DNA of 64,000 bases, taken from an uncultured Pelagibacteraceae bacterium. GTDB taxonomy: Bacteria; Pseudomonadota; Alphaproteobacteria; Pelagibacterales; Pelagibacteraceae. Shown in pieces: positions 1 to 11,916 of this stretch (position 1 is its first letter; the number at the start of each line of letters is the position of its first letter). The stretch spans positions 538 to 64,537 of the forward strand of contig CACJWG010000005.1 in NCBI GenBank assembly GCA_902597055.1, written 5' to 3'. A program made the translations under genes and the position numbers. Below the pieces are notes generated by a model. The model saw only the letters and a program-made list of their open reading frames with translations, made no database searches and was not told the DNA's origin.

Positions 1-612
1 TAAGAATTTAGCATCACCAATAGCAGATGCAGCTAGTGTTTTAATTGGGCCAGCGCTAATTGCATTAACTCTTATTTTCTTAGAACCTAAATCTCTTGCA
101 AGATATTTTACACTAGCCTCTAGTGCTGATTTACAAACACCCATGACATTATAATTAGGAATTGCTTTAGTAGACTCGTAAGTTAATGTAAGCATACTCC
201 CACCGTCCTTCATTATTTTAGAAGCCTCTTTTGCAACTTCTGTAAATGAAAAACATGAAATTAACATACTTCTTAAAAAATTTTCTCTAGTTGTATTGAG
301 ATATTCACCTGATAATTCTGATTTATCTGAAAAGGCAACTGCGTGAACTACAAAGTCAATTTGTCCCCATTGTTTTTTAATATCTCCAAATAACTTGACT
401 ACATCATCCTTTTTTTCAACATCACAACTAAATGTAACTTTCGAATTTAATTTTTCAGCTAAAGGTACAACTCTTTTTTTTAGAGCATCTCCAAGGTAAG
501 TAAATGCCAATTCCGCACCTGCTTCAGCCAACTTTTGAGAAATACCCCATGCAATAGATCTCTCGTTTGCAACACCCATGATTAGTCCTTTTTTTCCCTT
601 CATTAGATCCAT
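1..612 (-). CDS. fabI: Enoyl-ACP reductase FabI (3' end runs off window)
   Basis: Hand translation from ATG at 612: MDLMKGKKGLIMGVANERSIAWGI...PNYNVMGVCKSALE...NAISAGPIKTLAA. Contains the YxxxxxxK motif and follows fabB. Confidence 0.95.
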   Translation of the reverse strand, partial: MDLMKGKKGLIMGVANERSIAWGISQKLAEAGAELAFTYLGDALKKRVVPLAEKLNSKVTFSCDVEKKDDVVKLFGDIKKQWGQIDFVVHAVAFSDKSELSGEYLNTTRENFLRSMLISCFSFTEVAKEASKIMKDGGSMLTLTYESTKAIPNYNVMGVCKSALEASVKYLARDLGSKKIRVNAISAGPIKTLAASAIGDAKFL

Positions 613-615
613 AAA

Positions 616-1827
616 TTAAACCTTTTCAAAAACTAGCGTTGCGTTAGTTCCACCAAAACCAAAGCTATTAGACATTACAGAGTTTAAGTTAACACCTTTT
701 TCAACTTTAGTAACTATTGGATACTTTTTAGCTTCGTCATCCATGTCGGTAATATTTGCAGATGCTGCTATAAAACTATTTTTCATCATTATTAAACTAT
801 AAATTGCCTCGTGCACTGAAGTAGCTCCTAATGAGTGGCCAGCTAGAGATTTTGTAGAACTAATTTTTGGTTTGTAATCTTTAAATGTTTCACCAACTGC
901 CTTTAGTTCTGTAATATCACCAACAGGCGTAGATGTTCCGTGTGTATTTATGTAATCAATTTTATTTTTTGCAGTATTTAAAGCCATTTTCATACATCTT
1001 ACTGCCCCTTCACCTGAAGGTGCAACCATATCATAACCATCAGAGGTAGCGCCATAACCAGTCAATTCTGCGTAAATTTTTGCTCCTCTTGCTTTAGCAT
1101 GTTCGTATTCCTCTAAAACTAAAACTCCTCCGCCACCAGCTATAACAAACCCATCTCTAGTTTTGTCATAAGGTCTCGAAGCTTTTTCTGGTGTGTCATT
1201 GTATTTTGAAGATAATGCAGTCATCGCATCAAACATAGCAGTCATAGCAAAATGAACTTCATCACTTCCCCCAGCAAAAATAATTTTTTGTTTACCTAAT
1301 TGGATTAGTTCCATAGCATTACCAATACAGTGTCCACTAGTTGCGCATGCTGAACTGATAGTATAATTAACACCTTTAATTTTAAATGGAACTGCTAATG
1401 TTGCAGATGCAGTGCTTGACATAGTTCTTGGTACTACAAACGGACCCATTCTCTTCGGACTTTTTGCTCTAGTTTTATCAGCTGCTAAAATTACATTTTC
1501 AATAGAGGGTCCGCCTGAACCCATTATCATTCCTGTTGATATATTGCTTACATCTTTATCTTCTAATCCAGAATCTTTAACTGCTTCTGACATTGATATG
1601 TAATTATAAGCTGAGCCAGGTCCCATAAACCTTATAAATTTTCTATCGACGTGGTCTTCAAGATTAATTTTTGGTTTTCCGTGAATATTACTTTTTAGAT
1701 TGTATTCTTTATATTCATCAGAAAAGGAAATTCCTGATTTAGAATTTAATAGAGACTGATACACTTCATCTTGATTGTTTCCTAAACAAGAAACTACTCC
1801 AATTCCAGTTACAACAACTCTTTTCAT
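616..1827 (-). CDS. fabB: Beta-ketoacyl-ACP synthase I
   Basis: SACATS active Cys, [18 protein letters not shown]; lies in the fabA-fabB-fabI operon. Confidence 0.95.
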   Translation of the reverse strand: MKRVVVTGIGVVSCLGNNQDEVYQSLLNSKSGISFSDEYKEYNLKSNIHGKPKINLEDHVDRKFIRFMGPGSAYNYISMSEAVKDSGLEDKDVSNISTGMIMGSGGPSIENVILAADKTRAKSPKRMGPFVVPRTMSSTASATLAVPFKIKGVNYTISSACATSGHCIGNAMELIQLGKQKIIFAGGSDEVHFAMTAMFDAMTALSSKYNDTPEKASRPYDKTRDGFVIAGGGGVLVLEEYEHAKARGAKIYAELTGYGATSDGYDMVAPSGEGAVRCMKMALNTAKNKIDYINTHGTSTPVGDITELKAVGETFKDYKPKISSTKSLAGHSLGATSVHEAIYSLIMMKNSFIAASANITDMDDEAKKYPIVTKVEKGVNLNSVMSNSFGFGGTNATLVFEKV

Positions 1828-2327
1828 TATTTGAATAAACCTACTTTTAAATTTTCTGTTGTATAAATTTGTTTCCCATCAGCTAGCAGTATTCCATTAG
1901 CCAAACCAACAGTTGCTCCTTCTTTTTTAAGAATTTTTTTCATATTTATTTCATAAATTGCTTTTTTGACATTTTTTAGAACTTCACCTGTAAACTTTAC
2001 AGTGTTTACACCCAAAGCTCTTCCTCTTCCTGGATTTCCAAGCCAGCCTAAATAAAATCCAACTAATTGCCACATCGCATCTAAACCTAAGCATCCTGGC
2101 ATCACTGGATCTTTTTTAAAATGACAATCAAAAAACCAAAGATTATCTTTAATGTCCAGTTCAGCAATTATTAATCCTTTACTAAACGTGCCCTTATTCT
2201 CGCTAATTTCAGTGATCCTGTCAAACATTAGCATAGGTGGTAAGGGAAGTTTTGCGTTTCCTGGTCCAAAAAGATCTCCATTTCCGCAACTAATTAAATC
2301 CTCATATGTGTATGAGTTTTTTTTCAT
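1827..2327 (-). CDS. fabA: 3-hydroxydecanoyl-ACP dehydratase/isomerase
   Basis: [31 protein letters not shown] motifs. Confidence 0.95.
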   Translation of the reverse strand: MKKNSYTYEDLISCGNGDLFGPGNAKLPLPPMLMFDRITEISENKGTFSKGLIIAELDIKDNLWFFDCHFKKDPVMPGCLGLDAMWQLVGFYLGWLGNPGRGRALGVNTVKFTGEVLKNVKKAIYEINMKKILKKEGATVGLANGILLADGKQIYTTENLKVGLFK

Positions 2328-2376
2328 TTTTGATAACCTTAATACTTGATTTAAACTAAATATAATATAGGTTTAG

Positions 2377-2393
2377 TTTAGAATTATTATAAA
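2377..2393. promoter_or_regulatory. ICE-box-like (Irr) site between fabA and irr
   Basis: TTTAGAA-TTA-TTATAAA, one mismatch to the ICE consensus TTTAGAA-N3-TTCTAAA. Confidence 0.7.
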
Positions 2394-2398
2394 TAACA

Positions 2399-2815
2399 AT
2401 GCTTAATAATAGCCATTATATTGATAAATTAAGAAGCTCTGGCTTAAGACCTACCAAACAAAGAATTAAAATTTGTGAAATCTTATTTAATACTGAAAAG
2501 ACATTTCATTTTACAATAAATGATTTGGTAAAAAAAATTAGTAAAGCAACAAACGATAAAATTTCATTAGCAACAGTTTACAACACGGTCCATGCTTTCA
2601 AAAAGAAAGGTTACTTAAAAGAGATACCGATAAATTCTGATCAAAGTTATTTTGATACCAATACGTCGCATCACCATCATTTTTATGATGAAAATCAAAA
2701 AGACTTAATAGACATAGATGATGCAGATGTAGAGCCAGTTAAAATCAATACACGAATTCCCGGCAAAAAAATTAAGTCTGTTGAAGTCTTAGTAAAAGTC
2801 GAAGACACAGAATAA
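2399..2815 (+). CDS. irr: Fur-family iron response regulator Irr
   Basis: GLRPTKQR, ISLATVYNTV, DTNTSHHHHF; divergent from fabA, as is typical for alphaproteobacterial irr. Confidence 0.88.
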   Translation: MLNNSHYIDKLRSSGLRPTKQRIKICEILFNTEKTFHFTINDLVKKISKATNDKISLATVYNTVHAFKKKGYLKEIPINSDQSYFDTNTSHHHHFYDENQKDLIDIDDADVEPVKINTRIPGKKIKSVEVLVKVEDTE

Positions 2816-2830
2816 TAATCTAAATTCTAC

Positions 2831-2879
2831 ATTATAATAGTTCTAAACTGTTGACAAATTTATTTAGAATAATTATAAA
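2831..2879 (+). promoter_or_regulatory. katG promoter with two ICE-box-like sites
   Basis: ATTATAA-TAG-TTCTAAA (2831-2847) and TTTAGAA-TAA-TTATAAA (2863-2879) flank or overlap TTGACA (2851-2856)-17 bp-TATAAA (2874-2879). RBS AAGGAG precedes ATG 2897. Confidence 0.75.
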
Positions 2880-2896
2880 TTAATAAAGGAGATTAA

Positions 2897-5131
<2,235 letters not shown>

Positions 5132-5135
5132 AAAA

Positions 5136-5747
5136 ATGAAAACTGCGATAAACACTCCCAAGGTATCTTTTGAAGATTTCTACGAAGTACCAAATCTAAA
5201 ATTTGATATTGATAGATTAAGGAAAGACTTAGAAATAATTCTTAAACAAAAAAAATTTAATACACCTGGGGTTACACATTTTGGCGCTATCCCACTTAAT
5301 CAGATACCAAACGATATGGACTCGATAAATGGAAACAAAATAAGGGGTAAATATTGGACTATAGCGGATGAAAGTGGAAAAGAAGTTTCAAGAGACGTTG
5401 ACATAGACGAGTCAAAATACACTAAACTCTTACCAGAGTTTGAAAAAACTTATTTTAAAGAAGTTTATGAAACGTTAAGTAAAAAGTTTAAACTTGGAAG
5501 AGTAAGACTTTTGTTAAAGGAGCCAAGGTCAACGCTTAGCTGGCATAAAGATCCTGAGTGCAGATTGCACGTACCAATTATTACAAATCAAGGGTGTTCT
5601 ATGGTAATCGAAAACGTTGCAAAACACTTGCCAGCAGATGGAAAAGTTTGGATAACAAACAATACAAAATATCATAATTTTTTTAATGGAGGAGAACAGT
5701 CTAGAATACATTTAGTAGCATGTGTTTTAGAAAGTCCTTTTAAATAA
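5136..5747 (+). CDS. Asp/Asn beta-hydroxylase-like Fe(II)/2-oxoglutarate oxygenase
   Basis: HxD (WHKD), RLHVPIITN, distal His (KYHNFFNGG), RIHLV. Confidence 0.8.
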   Translation: MKTAINTPKVSFEDFYEVPNLKFDIDRLRKDLEIILKQKKFNTPGVTHFGAIPLNQIPNDMDSINGNKIRGKYWTIADESGKEVSRDVDIDESKYTKLLPEFEKTYFKEVYETLSKKFKLGRVRLLLKEPRSTLSWHKDPECRLHVPIITNQGCSMVIENVAKHLPADGKVWITNNTKYHNFFNGGEQSRIHLVACVLESPFK

Positions 5748-5990
5748 ATGGTCGAAGTTACAAAAGGTATATTTGAAGCAAGTAAAGAAATATACAGTAA
5801 TAATAGAGGCTCAATATTAAGAACAATTGTTTATACAGTTGGTCACTTTGCAATAGCAATTACAGTTTTAATGTTAGTTGCAGATGTTTCTTTTATGATT
5901 GCTCTGACTGACGCTATAGTTGAACCTATCGCTAACTCTGTTTGGTATTTTATTTTAGACAAATGGTGGGCCAGTAAATCTAAAAAATAA
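5748..5990 (+). CDS. Small two-helix membrane protein, DUF2061-like
   Basis: RTIVYTVGHF...EPIANSVWYFILDKWW pattern, two hydrophobic segments; abuts the upstream stop. Confidence 0.65.
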   Translation: MVEVTKGIFEASKEIYSNNRGSILRTIVYTVGHFAIAITVLMLVADVSFMIALTDAIVEPIANSVWYFILDKWWASKSKK

Positions 5991-5994
5991 TCAT

Positions 5995-6065
5995 TGAGAA
6001 TGATTATTATTCAAATCAAATAATCGCATAAAAAATTTTTTTTTTGCAAACAATTATCATTATCA
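5995..6065. promoter_or_regulatory. Two Fur-box-like sites
   Basis: TGAGAAT-G-ATTATTA (5995-6009), and reverse-strand GATAATGATAATTGTTTGC (6046-6064, 15/19 to GATAATGATAATCATTATC). Confidence 0.5.
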
Positions 6066-6110
6066 CAATATTTTCTTGTAAATATTTTTCCAGCAATTAT
6101 TTTTTCTTTT

Positions 6111-6290
6111 ATGGAACTACAAAATTACAACTGTAAAAAATGTGGACTTACAATCTCTTCTACATGCTCCAAGTGTGATAGAAAAGTTGATGTAAAAGTT
6201 CTAGATGACGGATGTTTAGTTCAGTTAACTAAATGTGGTGATTGTGCTAATGTACCGGTTATCAAAGACGTTTGTTCACAACAAAAATAA
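6111..6290 (+). CDS. Small cysteine-rich protein (59 aa, three CxxC, 8 Cys), putative metal-binding
   Basis: Hand translation MELQNYNCKKCGLTISSTCSKCDRKVDVKVLDDGCLVQLTKCGDCANVPVIKDVCSQQK; fills the gap before the convergent peroxiredoxin stop. Confidence 0.8.
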   Translation: MELQNYNCKKCGLTISSTCSKCDRKVDVKVLDDGCLVQLTKCGDCANVPVIKDVCSQQK

Positions 6291-6300
6291 ATAAAGACCT

Positions 6301-6786
6301 TTAAAGCTTAGATAAAACATTATCTGCAGCTGATAGCTCACAGATTCCTGTTTCCTTTTCTACAGCTATGTATTTTATAACTTTATTTTCAATAATCATC
6401 GTATAACGACTAGATCTCATTCCTAAACCTTTTGCATCTTTGTTTACTAACACTCCTAATTTATTGGCAAAATCTCCAAAAGGATCTGATAACATTATTA
6501 TCTCATTCTCAACTTTTGAAATTTTGGCCCAAGCATCCATTACATATGGATCATTTACACTGATACAAAAAACTTTATCAACACCTTTGGATCTGATCTT
6601 ATCAATGTTGTTTTTATAACTTGGTAAATGTTTATTTGAGCACACAGATGTAAACGCACCGGGCATTCCTAATAGAATAGATTTATTGTCTTTAAAAAAG
6701 TCGTTTATTTGAAATTTTTTCGGATTTCCATCAATTAATTGGAAAACTTCACAATCGGGAATTTGATCGTCAATTTTGTATTTCAT
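6301..6786 (-). CDS. Peroxiredoxin, Prx5/type II family
   Basis: PGAFTSVCS (PxxxTxxC), SVNDPYVMDAW, RSSRY. Confidence 0.92.
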   Translation of the reverse strand: MKYKIDDQIPDCEVFQLIDGNPKKFQINDFFKDNKSILLGMPGAFTSVCSNKHLPSYKNNIDKIRSKGVDKVFCISVNDPYVMDAWAKISKVENEIIMLSDPFGDFANKLGVLVNKDAKGLGMRSSRYTMIIENKVIKYIAVEKETGICELSAADNVLSKL

Positions 6787-6787
6787 T

Positions 6788-7237
6788 TTAATTTAACCCC
6801 CAAAGATTTTCTTTTAAAACCCATCCTTTATATTCTCCAGTTTCAACTCTACACCAATTTAAATTACATTTTTTTTTATTTAATAGTCTACCCGATTCAA
6901 TTTTTGCAACAGGTCTTGAAAATTTTGTACTATCAGAAAAAAGAATTACAGTATCTAGCGTTATAAATGAACTGCTTTTTTTTAACTGGGATCTATGAAT
7001 CCATCCACTATTTTTTTTAAAATCTAAAATTTTTCTAAAATTTTCTTTTTCATCTATAATTTCAACTGGATAATTTTTTTTATTAAATACAAATTTTATT
7101 GGGTAATCTAATCCAGGTCCATACCTTACATTTACTTTTTTATTCTTAAGTGACATATACGTATTGTTATCTGAATAAGAATTGGTTAAAAAAAAACTTA
7201 ATAAAAACAAACTTATAATCAAAAATTTTTTGATCAT
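6788..7237 (-). CDS. Secreted bacterial SH3-domain protein
   Basis: Signal peptide; VNVRYGPGLDYPI and GWIHRSQL / GWVLKENLWG tandem SH3-like repeats. Confidence 0.8.
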   Translation of the reverse strand: MIKKFLIISLFLLSFFLTNSYSDNNTYMSLKNKKVNVRYGPGLDYPIKFVFNKKNYPVEIIDEKENFRKILDFKKNSGWIHRSQLKKSSSFITLDTVILFSDSTKFSRPVAKIESGRLLNKKKCNLNWCRVETGEYKGWVLKENLWGLN

Positions 7238-7965
7238 CTTATCTTTTTAAGGTTACTTACTCTAAAGTCTAGATTTAAAAGGTTTATTATCAAAACTTTA
7301 CCATTTAAACTTTTTCCAATTCCCACAATGTTTTTAATTACTTCATTTGCCTGAATACTACCTACAACACTTGCTATTGTGCCAACAACACCATCTGCCT
7401 CACAATTTAAAACTTCATCGTTTGGTATAGTTTGATAAAAAGATTTTAGACACAATCTTTTATCTTTTGAAAAGTTAAAACTAAATACGTGACCATCAAA
7501 TTTACTAATCGCACCACACACGAAAATTTTTTTTAATTTCCTAGAGAATTCATTCACAAGAAACTTACTTATGAAATTATCTGTTCCATCTACTACTATA
7601 TCAAAATTCTTTATTAGATTTTCAACATTTGATTGATTTAATTTTTTTTTATAACTTTCTACCTTAATGTTTGGATTAATTTTCTTAACTCTATCGCTAA
7701 CTACTTTTACTTTAAATTTACCAACATCTTTTGTAGTAAACATAGATTGCCTATGTATATTTGAAAGATCTATCTTATCATGATCGATTAAACCAATCGT
7801 ACCTACCCCAGTTCTAGACAAATATTCTGCAACTGGACACCCTAATCCACCTAATCCAACAACAAGAACTTTTGAGTTTTTAATTTTTTTTTGTCCCGAG
7901 ATACCAATATCTTTAATGATTATTTGTCGAGAATATCTTTCAAGTTCTTTTGTTTTTAAGTTCAT
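7234..7965 (-). CDS. MoeB/ThiF-family adenylyltransferase
   Basis: RYSRQI, GLGGLG, SNIHRQ, DGTDN. Confidence 0.9.
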   Translation of the reverse strand: MNLKTKELERYSRQIIIKDIGISGQKKIKNSKVLVVGLGGLGCPVAEYLSRTGVGTIGLIDHDKIDLSNIHRQSMFTTKDVGKFKVKVVSDRVKKINPNIKVESYKKKLNQSNVENLIKNFDIVVDGTDNFISKFLVNEFSRKLKKIFVCGAISKFDGHVFSFNFSKDKRLCLKSFYQTIPNDEVLNCEADGVVGTIASVVGSIQANEVIKNIVGIGKSLNGKVLIINLLNLDFRVSNLKKIR

Positions 7966-8402
7966 TTTTTTCCAGTAGATCCAAATCCACCTGAACCCCT
8001 CAAAGTGTCTGGTAAATCTTTTGTTTCTTCAAACTCAAATTTCAAAACAGGCATCAATACCATTTGAGCTATTCTATCTCCATTATTAACTAAAAATTTT
8101 TCATTACCATGATTAAAAAGAATAATTTTAATCTCTCCACGATAATCACTATCAATAGTACCTGGTGAGTTAAGCACTCCAATACTAGACTTAGCTGCAA
8201 GTCCAGATCTTGGACGTATTTGAACCTCTGTGTCTTCAGGTATAGCAATTGCAAGTCCGGTTGGAATTAAAGCAGATTTATTTGGCCCTATTTCGATTGG
8301 ATTTTCCAAAAATGCTTCAAGATCAACTCCAGAAGACCCTGTCGTTTTATAAGAGGGAATTTTTACTTTTTGGTTTAACTTTTTAATTAAAACCTTAATC
8401 AT
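7962..8402 (-). CDS. dut: dUTP diphosphatase
   Basis: RPRSGLA, GTIDSDYRGE, RGSGGFGSTG. Confidence 0.97.
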   Translation of the reverse strand: MIKVLIKKLNQKVKIPSYKTTGSSGVDLEAFLENPIEIGPNKSALIPTGLAIAIPEDTEVQIRPRSGLAAKSSIGVLNSPGTIDSDYRGEIKIILFNHGNEKFLVNNGDRIAQMVLMPVLKFEFEETKDLPDTLRGSGGFGSTGKK

Positions 8403-9609
8403 TAAAAAAATTAAATTTATTCGTAATTTTTTTAATTAATTCATCTGCAATAACAGATTTGAAATTTTTTGGGATTTTTTCATCATCTATGTTTTTGTCC
8501 TTATAAAACAAATGAACTTCATTAAAATCAGACTCAAACCCAATTTCATTATTGCTTACATCATTTGCAACAATCAAATCACAACCTTTTTTTTCCAGTT
8601 TTGATCTTGCATTATCGAATAAATTCTCAGACTCGGCGGCAAAACCAACAACAATTTTTGGTCTTTTATTACTTTTAGAAACTAATTCTAAAATATCTGG
8701 ATTTAATTCTAAATCAAAACTTTGATCTTTATTTTTTTTAATTTTCTTTTTATTAAATTTTTTTATCTTAAAATCTGATACCGCAGCTGTAAAAATAGCA
8801 AGATCACACGGAAGCGACTCCATTGTTTTTTTATGCATTTCTTCACCAGTTTTGACCTTTATTAATTTTAAGTTATCATTCGGTTTTAAGTTGGTAGGTC
8901 CAGATATTAAGGTTGTATCAAATCCATTTTCTATTAAAGAATTCGCGATCTCATACCCTTGTCTACCACTAGATCTGTTGGTGATAAACCTAACAGGATC
9001 AATAAATTCTTGAGTAGGTCCAGCAGTAACTATCGCTTTTAATTTTTTGTTTTTACTTATTTGTTTGAAATAAATTTCAAGTTGATTAATAATTTCATCA
9101 ACTTCTAACATCTTTCCTTCCCCAAATTCACCACATGCCATCTCACCAATTTCTGGTCCTAAAATTCTATAACCATAATTCTTTAAGGTATTTATGCTCT
9201 GTTTATTTGATGCGTGTTCCCACATTCTAACGTTCATTGCAGGGCATAAAAAAACCTTTTTGTCTGATGCTTTAATTACAGTGCTTGCCAAATCATCTGA
9301 AAAACCATTTGAAATTTTTGTAAGAAAATTTGAAGAAGCCGGAGCAACAAGTATTAGATCAGACCATCTTGAAAGAGAGATATGATCCATTTCACTTTCA
9401 TTTTCCACTGAAAATAAATCTATATAAACTTTATTCTTTGATAATGAGATAATTGATAAAGGGGTTACAAATTCTTTACCGCTTTTAGTTAAAATTGTTT
9501 TAATTTCACAATTTAGCTTTGATAATTTTCTAATTAGATCTAATGTTTTATAAGCGGCAATTCCACCTGTTATTATAATCAATATTTTTTTATTTTCTAA
9601 AAATTTCAT
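8395..9609 (-). CDS. coaBC: Phosphopantothenoylcysteine decarboxylase/ligase
   Basis: GGIAAYK, PAMNVRMW, TAGPTQEFIDPVRFITNRSSG, GFAAES. Confidence 0.95.
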   Translation of the reverse strand: MKFLENKKILIIITGGIAAYKTLDLIRKLSKLNCEIKTILTKSGKEFVTPLSIISLSKNKVYIDLFSVENESEMDHISLSRWSDLILVAPASSNFLTKISNGFSDDLASTVIKASDKKVFLCPAMNVRMWEHASNKQSINTLKNYGYRILGPEIGEMACGEFGEGKMLEVDEIINQLEIYFKQISKNKKLKAIVTAGPTQEFIDPVRFITNRSSGRQGYEIANSLIENGFDTTLISGPTNLKPNDNLKLIKVKTGEEMHKKTMESLPCDLAIFTAAVSDFKIKKFNKKKIKKNKDQSFDLELNPDILELVSKSNKRPKIVVGFAAESENLFDNARSKLEKKGCDLIVANDVSNNEIGFESDFNEVHLFYKDKNIDDEKIPKNFKSVIADELIKKITNKFNFFND

Positions 9610-9615
9610 ACAGAA

Positions 9616-11181
9616 TTAAAATACTATGACACCTAAAAAGACAAGCACTAATAAACCAATAATACTTTGATTTCTAATTGATTTCATCTCATTTTTTTTA
9701 TCATTAAAAGAAGAAAAAGAATTTGTATTTTGGGGTATCTGACCACTTGCTAAAAATGCTAGTGCTTGATTTGCGTTGTCCATTATTTTAGGTAACTCAG
9801 GAATTCTTTTTATCACTTCAGAAGAGTCTTTTAAGGTGTCCATCATATTTTTGACAGGATCTTTAGTCTCTTTTAACCAGTTCTCCAAGACTGGTCTAGA
9901 GGTCTCCCATATATTATTATTTGGATCTAAATTTCTTGCAACACCCTCTACTACAACCATTGTTTTTTGTAAAAGTAGTAATTGTGGTTGAGTTTGCATA
10001 TTAAATTTTTCTGTAATATCAAATAGTTGTTTAAGTAATTTACCACCAGATATATCTTTAACACTCTGACCAAATATTGGCTCCCCGATAGATCTCAAAG
10101 CTTGAGCTAATTCCTCTACAGATGTTCCTTTAGGTACTAATCCAGCTAACAAATGTACCTCAGCTACTTTTTTGTAATCTCTGCGAACAAATCCGTACAA
10201 AATTTCTGCTAAGTATCTTCTACTCAATTTATCTATTCTTCCCATTATACCAAAGTCTATTGGGACTATTTGGGAAGACTCATTAATAAAAATATTTCCT
10301 TGGTGCATGTCAGCATGAAAAAATCCATCACGGACTGCATGTCTTAAAAAATGTTGAATTAAATTTGTAGCTATTTTAGAGGTCTCGATATTTTTTTCTT
10401 TGAGTAAGTCTTTTTCTCTTATCGATACCCCATCTACCCAATCTAAGGTAAGAACACTTTCGCTTGTAAAATTCCAATATATTTTAGGGACAAAAAATCC
10501 TAAATCGTTTTTGGTATTTTCAGCATACTCATTTGCAGCTGCAGCTTCAAATCTTAGGTCCATCTCGTGATTTGTTATTTCTTTGAAAAGAAAAACAACC
10601 TCAATTAGTTTAAGTCTTTTAGTTTTAGTAATTAGACTTTCAACTATATATGCCAATAACATAATGGCATCTATCTCATCATTAAAAATTTTCTTTATGT
10701 TGGGTCTTAAAACTTTTATTGCAACATTTTTGATTATATTATCCTCTTTAATTTTGGCTTTGTGAACTTGGGCTATTGAAGCAGCTGCTATAGGTTCTGA
10801 CAAGTCAATTATATCATCAAAATTAGACTGGCCTAAATTTTCTATTATAATTTTTTCCGCCTCTTTTTTTGAAAAAGGAGGTAATTTATCTTGAAGAGAC
10901 TCAAGTTCTTTAGATAATTTTTCACCGATTATATCTGGGCGTGTAGCCAAGAATTGACCAAGTTTTATAAAAGTAGTTCCCATTTCTTGAATTGACTCAC
11001 TCAAGTTTTCTTTACCCTTACTTTTCGTATCATTTGAACTTGAAAATGAAAAAGCTAGCAAATTAAAAAATATTTTAATGAATAGTGGTATTTTATGAGT
11101 TTCCGAAACTATGTTTATTATATTAGATTTACCAATTTTTCTTCCAATCTTAAAAAGTATAAAGAATTTATTAAAGATCAT
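9616..11181 (-). CDS. ubiB: Ubiquinone biosynthesis kinase-like protein
   Basis: FIKLGQ, AAASIAQVH, FFHADMHQGN, DFG. Start taken at ATG 11181, overlapping the ubiE stop (ORF track extends to 11190). Confidence 0.93.
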   Translation of the reverse strand: MIFNKFFILFKIGRKIGKSNIINIVSETHKIPLFIKIFFNLLAFSFSSSNDTKSKGKENLSESIQEMGTTFIKLGQFLATRPDIIGEKLSKELESLQDKLPPFSKKEAEKIIIENLGQSNFDDIIDLSEPIAAASIAQVHKAKIKEDNIIKNVAIKVLRPNIKKIFNDEIDAIMLLAYIVESLITKTKRLKLIEVVFLFKEITNHEMDLRFEAAAANEYAENTKNDLGFFVPKIYWNFTSESVLTLDWVDGVSIREKDLLKEKNIETSKIATNLIQHFLRHAVRDGFFHADMHQGNIFINESSQIVPIDFGIMGRIDKLSRRYLAEILYGFVRRDYKKVAEVHLLAGLVPKGTSVEELAQALRSIGEPIFGQSVKDISGGKLLKQLFDITEKFNMQTQPQLLLLQKTMVVVEGVARNLDPNNNIWETSRPVLENWLKETKDPVKNMMDTLKDSSEVIKRIPELPKIMDNANQALAFLASGQIPQNTNSFSSFNDKKNEMKSIRNQSIIGLLVLVFLGVIVF

Positions 11182-11882
11182 ATTTTCCAACCTGTATGTA
11201 AAGATACAATACCGCCAGACAAATTTTTATAACTTGCATTGTAGAAATTTTTACTTTTGATTATATCGAGCAACTCATCTTGGTTAACGAATTCATCAAT
11301 ACTTTGAACCAAGTATTCATAAGGTGCACTTTTTCCAACTACTAATTTTCCTATTAATGGTATTAGTTTCGAATACTGTTTATAAATGAAATCCAAATTT
11401 TGATTTTGAATTTTTGAAAACTCAAGACAGAAAAATCTACCTCCTTTTTTCAAAACTCTATAAGCTTCTGAGATAGATGAGTTTAAATTTTTTGTGTTTC
11501 TTAAACCAAAGCTAATTGCATAGTAATCAAAGGTTTCATTTGGTGCATCAATTTTTTCAGCTCTTGAAACTTTCCAGTTTATATTTTTGTAATTTGATAA
11601 CCTTTTTTTTCCCTCGTCCAACATCTTTTTATTAAAATCGATACATAATATTTTTGATTTATTGGATGTATTATCAGCAAATAATTTAGCAATATCTCCA
11701 GTACCACATGCAACATCAATTAAGCTACTTTCCGGATAAGGATTCATTTGTCTGATGAGCTCTCTTTTCCACTGCCTGTGTATACCCAAGGACATAAAAT
11801 CATTCATGAGATCATACTTATTATAGACGTTATCAAAAACTTTTTTTACAAGACCTCTTTTTTTTTGTAGATTTTGTTGCAT
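11178..11882 (-). CDS. ubiE: Ubiquinone/menaquinone C-methyltransferase
   Basis: YDLMNDFMSLGIHRQWK, DVACGTGD, FGLRN. Confidence 0.95.
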   Translation of the reverse strand: MQQNLQKKRGLVKKVFDNVYNKYDLMNDFMSLGIHRQWKRELIRQMNPYPESSLIDVACGTGDIAKLFADNTSNKSKILCIDFNKKMLDEGKKRLSNYKNINWKVSRAEKIDAPNETFDYYAISFGLRNTKNLNSSISEAYRVLKKGGRFFCLEFSKIQNQNLDFIYKQYSKLIPLIGKLVVGKSAPYEYLVQSIDEFVNQDELLDIIKSKNFYNASYKNLSGGIVSLHTGWKI

Positions 11883-11916
11883 ATTTAAATGTTATCAAAA
11901 TATAATATAATATTTA

